Assembly (NCBI GenBank): GCA_946625285.1
Contig: CAMOSZ010000110.1
Span: forward strand, 1 to 33,521
Length of the DNA: 33,521 bases
Reading direction: 5' to 3'
Origin: an uncultured Bacillales bacterium
GTDB lineage: Bacteria > Bacillota_I > Bacilli_A > RFN20 > CAG-826
The notes beneath the pieces are model-generated. The model searched no databases. It was given only the letters and a program-made list of their open reading frames with translations, and was not told the origin of the DNA. The translations under genes and the position numbers were made by a program. Shown one piece after another: positions 26,889 through 33,521 of this stretch. The first letter of the stretch is position 1. Every line of letters begins with the position of its first letter.

Positions 26889-27443
26889 TTAAGCACATCT
26901 ATATGTGATAACAATAGAATCAAGTGTCATTGAGTAATATTGCTCGCTATCAGATGTATACCAACTGAATTCATCGTTTTCAAAAAATGTTTCATTAAAT
27001 GAAATTGATGTGGATTTTTTGTTATCAGAATCAGCAAACGAACCATTTAAGACTAAGCTATCGTATGATGCGACTCCTGTGAAATTAAAAGTTAACATTA
27101 TGCCTACGGATGCATAACCATATTCAGAAGACGCTGTGAAGATATGAGATCCACCAAAAACACCAGGACCTTCAAAATATACATAAGACATGCCATTTGT
27201 TGAACCAAATGTTTCGCCAGACATTGTTGCGTTTTCTTTTTCGACATAGAAATCAAAATATCCTTCTGCGCTTGACTCCTCATTCAAATGAGCGTGTTCT
27301 GCGGTGAATGTAATTGTGTGTTCTGTGTAATTAGGGGTAGCTACTAATTTATCGAGTTGTCCAATTCCACTAGCAACGACTGTACCAATTCCAACTGCAA
27401 ATACAGCGGCAATTGATCCAAATAATAGAATTTTCTTTTTCAT
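26889..27443 (-). CDS. Small secreted hypothetical protein
   Basis: MKKK plus hydrophobic leader, no lipobox; beta-rich; ends LDSIVITYRCA; GAGGAG RBS. Confidence 0.75.
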   Translation of the reverse strand: MKKKILLFGSIAAVFAVGIGTVVASGIGQLDKLVATPNYTEHTITFTAEHAHLNEESSAEGYFDFYVEKENATMSGETFGSTNGMSYVYFEGPGVFGGSHIFTASSEYGYASVGIMLTFNFTGVASYDSLVLNGSFADSDNKKSTSISFNETFFENDEFSWYTSDSEQYYSMTLDSIVITYRCA

Positions 27444-27493
27444 TTTTTCTCCTCTTTTTTTGTTGTAAATATATTAAAAGAAAGATAACAAAG

Positions 27494-28207
27494 TTATCTT
27501 TCTTCATATTCAAGTTCTGCGGTAAAGTGATTTACCTCTCCAACTTTGCCTTTGATAATTTCAGGGAAAGAGTTGTTCGTATATAAACTTACCTTATCTC
27601 CTGATCTAATTTCCTTATCGTAATTGATGTTAATTCTTTTAATACGATGAGACTTATAAAACGCTTCATCATGAGTATTCAAAATATATTCAATATATGA
27701 AGTATTGTTGAGATGACCATTTAAATCAATTTCAGTGTATTTAACAGATTTTTCTTCCACTAAGTTTGTGGCGTCACCCACTACTTTTGCAGGTAATTCT
27801 AAATCGTTCTTATCTTTTTCGCCTTTGATTTTCACCATTGATTCTGGTTTTAAAACAACTTTTCTCGTGTTTTTATCAATAAGGGCCCAGCTAGAGCTAA
27901 CCGCGATAATGAGTTTGCCTTTTTTATCATAAACTTCAAAATAACGTGGGAAGATAAATGATTTTGTTTCTCCTGGGTGAGTAGTAAAAAGCACCTCTTC
28001 ATCTAAAGATGGAGTGCGATAAATCATAACTTCCATTCTAACAACAACCCAAAGAAGATTTTGATTCATTAAATCACGATGGCCAAGTTTTAAAGTATCA
28101 ACGTGATTAGACGCAACTTCTTGAAAATGTTTGAATAAGTTAGATAATCTAATTTCTAAATTGGAATCGACATCCACTGAAGTGATTTTGACTTTTTCTT
28201 TATACAT
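27494..28207 (-). CDS. Acyl-ACP thioesterase (double hot-dog fold)
   Basis: FQEVASNH, LLWVVVRM, SSWALID and the catalytic-region motif IDLNGHLNNTSY. Confidence 0.9.
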   Translation of the reverse strand: MYKEKVKITSVDVDSNLEIRLSNLFKHFQEVASNHVDTLKLGHRDLMNQNLLWVVVRMEVMIYRTPSLDEEVLFTTHPGETKSFIFPRYFEVYDKKGKLIIAVSSSWALIDKNTRKVVLKPESMVKIKGEKDKNDLELPAKVVGDATNLVEEKSVKYTEIDLNGHLNNTSYIEYILNTHDEAFYKSHRIKRININYDKEIRSGDKVSLYTNNSFPEIIKGKVGEVNHFTAELEYEER

Positions 28208-28261
28208 AAATTTACCAGTGGATATATTAATATATTTATTTAAATTATTTAAGCAAAAATT

Positions 28262-28301
28262 AAAAGAACCACTTATGAAGAAAATTCACGTGTGGTTCTT
28301 T
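28262..28301 (-). terminator. Probable terminator after clpB
   Basis: AAAGAACCAC (28263-28272) / GTGGTTCTTT (28292-28301) stem with an inner TGAA/TTCA pairing, immediately after the clpB stop. Confidence 0.7.
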
Positions 28302-28307
28302 GTTAGT

Positions 28308-30422
28308 TTATGCTTCTTTAATTACAACTTTATCGTCACTGTAATCAACGATGTATTTCTTCTCAATCGATAGATGTCCATTGACGATTTCTCGAGCAAT
28401 TAAAGTCTCAATGTTGTTTTGGATGAATCTCTTAATTGGTCGAGCACCAAACTGTGGCGAATAAGCGTTATTTAAAATATACGCTTTAACCGCATCAGTG
28501 AACTCAAAACTATAATAAGATTCTTGAAGTCTTCTATTGAGATCGTTAAGCATCTTAGTAACAATCTTGCCTTGAACTTCTTTAGATAGAGGTGAGAAAT
28601 AGACAATCTCATCAATTCTATTTAAGAATTCAGGTTTGAATGTTTGATGGAGTAATCCTTCAACTTTATCTCTTTCGTTATTAAGTAGATATTCACTACC
28701 TAAGTTACTGGTCATGATGATAATTGTGTTCTTAAAGTCAACTACTCTTCCTTGAGAGTCAGTTAATCGACCATCATCAAGCATCTGTAAGAGCAGATTG
28801 AATACTTCAGGATGTGCTTTTTCGATTTCATCGAATAAGACGATAGAGTATGGGTTTCTTCTTACTTTTTCAGTAAGTTGTCCACCTTCTTCATAGCCAA
28901 CATATCCTGGTGGGGCACCAATTAATCTAGAAGTTGAGTATTTTTCCATATACTCTGACATATCAATACGAATGATATGAGATTCAGAGTCGAATAGGGA
29001 TTCCGCTAAAGCACGGGCAACTTCAGTTTTACCAACACCAGTAGGTCCAAGGAATAAGAAGGAACCAATTGGGCGGTTGCTATCTTTAATACCTGCTCTT
29101 TGACGTAAGATTGCGTCACTCACAAGAGACAAAGCCTCGTCTTGCCCGATAACTCTTCTAGATAATGTTTGCTTTAAATCCAAAACTTTTTCACGATCAC
29201 CTTTTTCAATTTTAGAAAGAGGAATATTTGTCATTTTGGAAATAATACGGGCAATTTGTTCTTCATCCACTACTTCGGAAAGCAATTTACCTTCCCCTTT
29301 ATTTGAGTCGGCCTCTTTAAGCTTTTTCTCTAATTCAGGGATTTTCTTATATTGTAATTCGCCAGCTTTTTCATATTCGGAATGTGATAAAGCGTAGTCC
29401 AAATCAAATCTCGCTTTTTCAAGTTGAGTCTTGATAGTTTTGACTTCTGTAATTTGAGACTTTTCTTTATTCCATTCTTCTAAGAGAACTTTGTCTTTCT
29501 TAGTTAATTCATCAAGCTCTTCAGTGCATTCCTTGAGTCTCTTCTTACTTGCTTCATCGCTCTCTTTAGAAAGAGCAACTTTTTCAATTTGAAGTTGTCT
29601 CATCTTTCTTTCGAGTTCATCAAGTTCAGCAGGCATGCTTGCTAATTCAACTTTAATAGAAGCGCATGCTTCATCTACTAAGTCGATAGCCTTATCTGGT
29701 AAAAATCTACTAGTAAGGTATCTGTTAGATAATGTTGCAGCGGCAATTAAAGCATTATCAGTGATTTTCACACCATGGAAACTCTCGAAACGATTTTTTA
29801 AACCTCTAAGAATAGTTACTGTATCTTCTACGGTTGGTTCATTAACTAATACTGGTTGGAATCTTCTTTCCAGAGCACGGTCTTTTTCAATATATTCACG
29901 ATACTCTTTTAGAGTAGTCGCACCAATACAGTCAATTTCTCCTCTAGCAAGCATTGGTTTAAGCATGTTAGAAGCGTCAAGCGCTCCATCTGTTCTACCA
30001 GCGCCTACGATAAGGTGAATTTCATCAATGAAAAGAATGATTTTGCCATCTGATTCCTTAATCTTATTAAGTACAGCTTTTAGTCTCTCTTCAAATTCAC
30101 CACGATACTTTGCTCCAGCAACTAGAGCACCCATATCTAGTTCATAGATGATTTTATCTTTTAGAATTGTAGGAACATCATTACGAACAATACGTTCCGC
30201 TAACCCTTCAAGAATTGCGGTTTTACCAACACCTGGTTCACCAAGCAAAATGACGTTATTCTTTGTTTTTCTAGCTAATATTTCAATGATTTTACGAATT
30301 TCTTCATCTCTGCCAATAACAGGGTCTACTTTTCCTTTTTTGACTTCTTCGCAGATGTTACGGCCAAACTTTTGAAGGACTTCTTTATCATTTTCATAAT
30401 CAGGTACTTGATTCATTTGCAT
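28308..30422 (-). CDS. clpB: ClpB disaggregase lacking the N-terminal Clp-repeat domain
   Basis: [11 protein letters not shown], two AAA+ modules ([16 protein letters not shown]), a long coiled-coil middle domain, [10 protein letters not shown] and [15 protein letters not shown]; only 704 aa. GGAGG RBS. Confidence 0.93.
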   Translation of the reverse strand: MQMNQVPDYENDKEVLQKFGRNICEEVKKGKVDPVIGRDEEIRKIIEILARKTKNNVILLGEPGVGKTAILEGLAERIVRNDVPTILKDKIIYELDMGALVAGAKYRGEFEERLKAVLNKIKESDGKIILFIDEIHLIVGAGRTDGALDASNMLKPMLARGEIDCIGATTLKEYREYIEKDRALERRFQPVLVNEPTVEDTVTILRGLKNRFESFHGVKITDNALIAAATLSNRYLTSRFLPDKAIDLVDEACASIKVELASMPAELDELERKMRQLQIEKVALSKESDEASKKRLKECTEELDELTKKDKVLLEEWNKEKSQITEVKTIKTQLEKARFDLDYALSHSEYEKAGELQYKKIPELEKKLKEADSNKGEGKLLSEVVDEEQIARIISKMTNIPLSKIEKGDREKVLDLKQTLSRRVIGQDEALSLVSDAILRQRAGIKDSNRPIGSFLFLGPTGVGKTEVARALAESLFDSESHIIRIDMSEYMEKYSTSRLIGAPPGYVGYEEGGQLTEKVRRNPYSIVLFDEIEKAHPEVFNLLLQMLDDGRLTDSQGRVVDFKNTIIIMTSNLGSEYLLNNERDKVEGLLHQTFKPEFLNRIDEIVYFSPLSKEVQGKIVTKMLNDLNRRLQESYYSFEFTDAVKAYILNNAYSPQFGARPIKRFIQNNIETLIAREIVNGHLSIEKKYIVDYSDDKVVIKEA

Positions 30423-30463
30423 AATCTAAATCCTCCTTTTGTCATTCTTATTGTAGCACAATT

Positions 30464-30490
30464 TTAGCACTCTGCAAGTGTGAGTGCTAA
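30464..30490. promoter_or_regulatory. CIRCE element (HrcA operator) over the clpB promoter
   Basis: Exact TTAGCACTC-N9-GAGTGCTAA; extended -10 TGcTACAAT at 30450-30458 on the minus strand. Confidence 0.97.
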
Positions 30491-30590
30491 TTTTTTTACT
30501 AAATATTTATATTTAAATTTGTTGTTTCGTCCTTTGTTAAGTTATTTTTGCAACTTTTAGCAAATAAAAAAAGATATCTGAGCACATTGT

Positions 30591-30619
30591 TTGCACTATA
30601 CCCCCACCCCGTATATAAT
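30591..30619 (+). promoter_or_regulatory. csoR-copA promoter with CsoR-type operator
   Basis: TTGCAC-17 bp-TATAAT; the operator-like TATAC-CCCCACCCC-GTATA (30597-30615) is a C-tract flanked by inverted TATAC/GTATA, as in CsoR operators. Confidence 0.8.
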
Positions 30620-30638
30620 AATGGCGAGGTAAGTAATT

Positions 30639-30932
30639 ATGGAAAACTGTCCGCATTGTAAAAAAGACCCTCGCCCTGAGGAACTAGTCTCAAATCTACA
30701 AAAACGATTAAAAAAGATATCTGGCCAAATTAATGGGGTTAGCAAAATGGTTGATGAAAACCGTTATTGCGGAGATATTCTTATTCAAATTGCCGCGATT
30801 GAAAGCGCGCTTAAAGAAGTTGGTTATATCATCTTAAAAGATCATATGTACACATGTGTATCTGACGATATAAAAAATGGTGAATTTTCTTCTTTAGAAG
30901 AAGCATTAGAAATATCTAAGAAGTTAAAATAA
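30639..30932 (+). CDS. csoR: Copper-sensing repressor, CsoR/RcnR family
   Basis: [24 protein letters not shown] and HMYTCV give the C-H-C copper ligands; directly upstream of copA. Confidence 0.92.
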   Translation: MENCPHCKKDPRPEELVSNLQKRLKKISGQINGVSKMVDENRYCGDILIQIAAIESALKEVGYIILKDHMYTCVSDDIKNGEFSSLEEALEISKKLK

Positions 30933-30933
30933 T

Positions 30934-33510
30934 ATGAGAATTGATGAAAAGTACTCGATTAGTGGAATGAGCTGTGCTGCCTGTAGCGCAAGAATTGATA
31001 AAACCGTTAGAGCGTTAAAAGGAGTTAAAGAAGTAAACGTCAATCTACTCACTAACTCAATGGTAGTAAGCTATGATGAAAAACTCTTAAGTCAAGAAAA
31101 AATAATAAAAGAAATCGCAAAAGCTGGTTACGGAGCCTCTTTTATCGATGCTTCAGAAAACGATTTGCCTATTTCTAAAGAAGAGTTAGAAGATCACGAA
31201 ACTCCAAAATTGTTTAAAAGATTAATTACCTCTTTAATACTACTTATTCCTTTATTTTATTTAGGAATGGGATTCATGCTTAATTGGCCTTTGGGTGAAT
31301 TAGTTAATCTCCCGTTTGTTTTAGTCATTATTGAAATGGCTCTTTCTTTATCAATAATGCTTATAAATCACAAATTCTTTGTTTCTGGTTTTAAGGCTAT
31401 TATTCATAAGTCTCCAAACATGGATACTTTAGTAATGCTTGGAAGCGGAGTTGCTTTTATCTACTCTTTAGTCTTATCAATCATCTTATTTGTTGATACT
31501 GCGAACGGAGAACCACTACATTCGCTTCACATGATTATGATGAATATTTCTTTTGAAACTGCAGGAATGGTTCCAACTTTAATCACTATTGGAAAAACTC
31601 TAGAAAGCTATTCAAAAGGAAAAACCACTAATTCAATTAAAGCATTAATGGATTTAACACCAAAAACCGCTATTATCATTAAAAATGATAAAGAAGTCGA
31701 GGTTCCAATAAATGAAGTAAAAATAGACGATATCTTTATTGTCAAGCCAGGAATGAGTGTTCCAGTTGATGGAGAAGTCATTTCAGGCAATTCAAGTATT
31801 GATGAATCAATGTTAACAGGAGAATCTCTTCCAATAGATAAAGAAGTTGGAAGTCTAGTCAAAAGCGCAACAATCAATCAAAACGGAGTATTGGTTTGCA
31901 AAGCTATACGTGTTGGTAAAGACACCACTATTAGTCAAATCATCAAAAGCGTAGAGAAGGCTGCTAATAGTAAGGCAAAGATTTCTCAACTTGCAGATCG
32001 AGTGTCTGGAATATTTGTTCCAGTAGTCATTTTAATGGCGATCATTGTTTTCATTTGTTGGTTAATTTTTGGAGGAGATTTTGTCGCCTCCCACGCCGAC
32101 ATCCATTCAACCTTACTTTCATATTCAATTGAGCGAGGAATTTCTATTTTAGTTATCTCTTGTCCATGCGCTTTAGGTTTAGCAACACCAGTTGCAATCA
32201 TGGTTGGAAGCGGAAAAGGAGCAAGAAATGGAATCCTCTATAAAAACGCAGAGGTAATTGAAGAGGCTGGAAAGACTGACTACATCATTTTTGATAAAAC
32301 AGGAACAATTACAAAAGGTAAACCAACAGTCACCGATGTTATTTCCTATATAGATGAGAATGAACTAATTGAAATCGCATCTTCAATCGAATCAAATAGC
32401 AATCACCCACTAGCTTTGGCGGTCATTAACTACGCAAACGAAAGAGGAATTAAGGGGACTTTTGCTGAAGAATTTGAAAACGTCTCTGGCAAAGGATTAC
32501 AAGCAAAAATCGATAATAAAGCTGTTTTTGCCGGAAATATTGCTTATTTAGCGGAGAAAAACGTACAAATTGACGATAAAGTCGATTTAATCAACTCACT
32601 ATCCGCTCAAGGAAAGACCCCACTTTTATTTGCTAGAGAAGATAAGCTCATTGGAATTATCGCAGTGAGTGATGTCGTAAAAGAAGATAGTAAAGAGGCA
32701 ATTGAAAAGATTAAAGGATTAGGAATTATCCCAATCATGCTGACTGGAGATAATTCTTTAAGTGCAAGATATATTGCTGATCAAGTTGGAATCGACCATG
32801 TCATTAGTGATGTTTTGCCAGAAGGTAAACTTGAAATAATCAATAAAATCAAAAAATATGGCAAAGTCATGATGGTTGGAGATGGTATCAATGATGCGAT
32901 TGCTCTAACTAGCGCTGATGTTGGAGTGGCGATTGGCCAAGGCAGTGATGTTGCTATTGATAGCGGTAATATTGTCTTAATGAAATCATCACTTTTGGAT
33001 GCTTACGCTGCTATACGCTTATCTCAAAATGTATACCTAAATATTAAAGAGAATCTATTCTGGGCATTTATCTATAATCTCATTATGATTCCAATTGCTG
33101 CTGGAGCCTTATCTTTTGCTGGTGTTTATAAAGTCATGCCATGGATGGGAAGTGCCGCAATGGCGTTATCTTCTGTCTTTGTTGTTTGCAATGCATTAAG
33201 AATTAATTTATTCAATCCTTACAGAGTAAGGAAGATTAATAAACACGCCGGTATTCCAGATATATTGGTTAATTACAATAACTGTGAAATAAAGGAGAAT
33301 AAAAACATGGAAAAGGTTATTAAAGTTGAAGGTATGATGTGTATGCACTGCGTCGCACACGTTAAAGAAGCTCTTGAAGGGATTAAAGGTGTTGATTCAG
33401 TGGAAGTTTCATTAGAGAAAAACGAAGCAGTCATCACCTCAAAAAAAGAAGTCAAAGATTCGTTAATTGAAAAAGCTATTACTAAAGCAGGCTACAAAGT
33501 AGTAAAGTAG
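30934..33510 (+). CDS. copA: Cu(I)-translocating P1B-type ATPase with N- and C-terminal HMA domains
   Basis: [36 protein letters not shown] and MALSS motifs; C-terminal GMMCMHC domain. Confidence 0.95.
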   Translation: MRIDEKYSISGMSCAACSARIDKTVRALKGVKEVNVNLLTNSMVVSYDEKLLSQEKIIKEIAKAGYGASFIDASENDLPISKEELEDHETPKLFKRLITSLILLIPLFYLGMGFMLNWPLGELVNLPFVLVIIEMALSLSIMLINHKFFVSGFKAIIHKSPNMDTLVMLGSGVAFIYSLVLSIILFVDTANGEPLHSLHMIMMNISFETAGMVPTLITIGKTLESYSKGKTTNSIKALMDLTPKTAIIIKNDKEVEVPINEVKIDDIFIVKPGMSVPVDGEVISGNSSIDESMLTGESLPIDKEVGSLVKSATINQNGVLVCKAIRVGKDTTISQIIKSVEKAANSKAKISQLADRVSGIFVPVVILMAIIVFICWLIFGGDFVASHADIHSTLLSYSIERGISILVISCPCALGLATPVAIMVGSGKGARNGILYKNAEVIEEAGKTDYIIFDKTGTITKGKPTVTDVISYIDENELIEIASSIESNSNHPLALAVINYANERGIKGTFAEEFENVSGKGLQAKIDNKAVFAGNIAYLAEKNVQIDDKVDLINSLSAQGKTPLLFAREDKLIGIIAVSDVVKEDSKEAIEKIKGLGIIPIMLTGDNSLSARYIADQVGIDHVISDVLPEGKLEIINKIKKYGKVMMVGDGINDAIALTSADVGVAIGQGSDVAIDSGNIVLMKSSLLDAYAAIRLSQNVYLNIKENLFWAFIYNLIMIPIAAGALSFAGVYKVMPWMGSAAMALSSVFVVCNALRINLFNPYRVRKINKHAGIPDILVNYNNCEIKENKNMEKVIKVEGMMCMHCVAHVKEALEGIKGVDSVEVSLEKNEAVITSKKEVKDSLIEKAITKAGYKVVK

Positions 33511-33521
33511 TAGCATGAGTA

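Noticed and set aside
15784-27443. Phase variation by DNA inversion or a diversity-generating retroelement in the surface-protein block
   Set aside because: No recombinase or reverse transcriptase, all genes are co-oriented, and no long near-identical nucleotide repeats were seen by eye.

Overview
AT-rich bacterial chromosomal segment, translated with code 11 (TGG=Trp; TGA ends three ORFs). Gene content suggests an anaerobic, reduced-genome Bacilli/Mollicutes-adjacent lineage (inference from PFOR, an N-domain-less ClpB under CIRCE control and many lipoproteins). Nearly all genes are on the minus strand. In coordinate order they are a partial HAD hydrolase, an unusually long Lgt, uvrA, a P-loop kinase, a secreted OB-fold/S41 peptidase, a small hypothetical, PFOR (nifJ), a Rex-like wHTH protein lacking the NADH-sensing domain, a RelE/RelB toxin-antitoxin pair, aqpZ, a PAP2 phosphatase, cysK, an ~11.7 kb block of four lipoproteins plus two secreted proteins, an acyl-ACP thioesterase and clpB. 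A divergent csoR-copA operon lies on the plus strand. The most striking observations are: (1) the TA pair sits as a 708-bp unit between two 47-bp direct repeats, each a copy of the aqpZ terminator, with no recombinase in the window; (2) three secreted proteins share an unusual GxG...LxA..Y leader, and two of them share an N-terminal module ending SIx[IV]x[YF]xC; (3) a sensor-less Rex-like protein lies upstream of PFOR; (4) several intergenic RNA structures are not simple terminators. No rRNA, tRNA, CRISPR array or transposase was seen.
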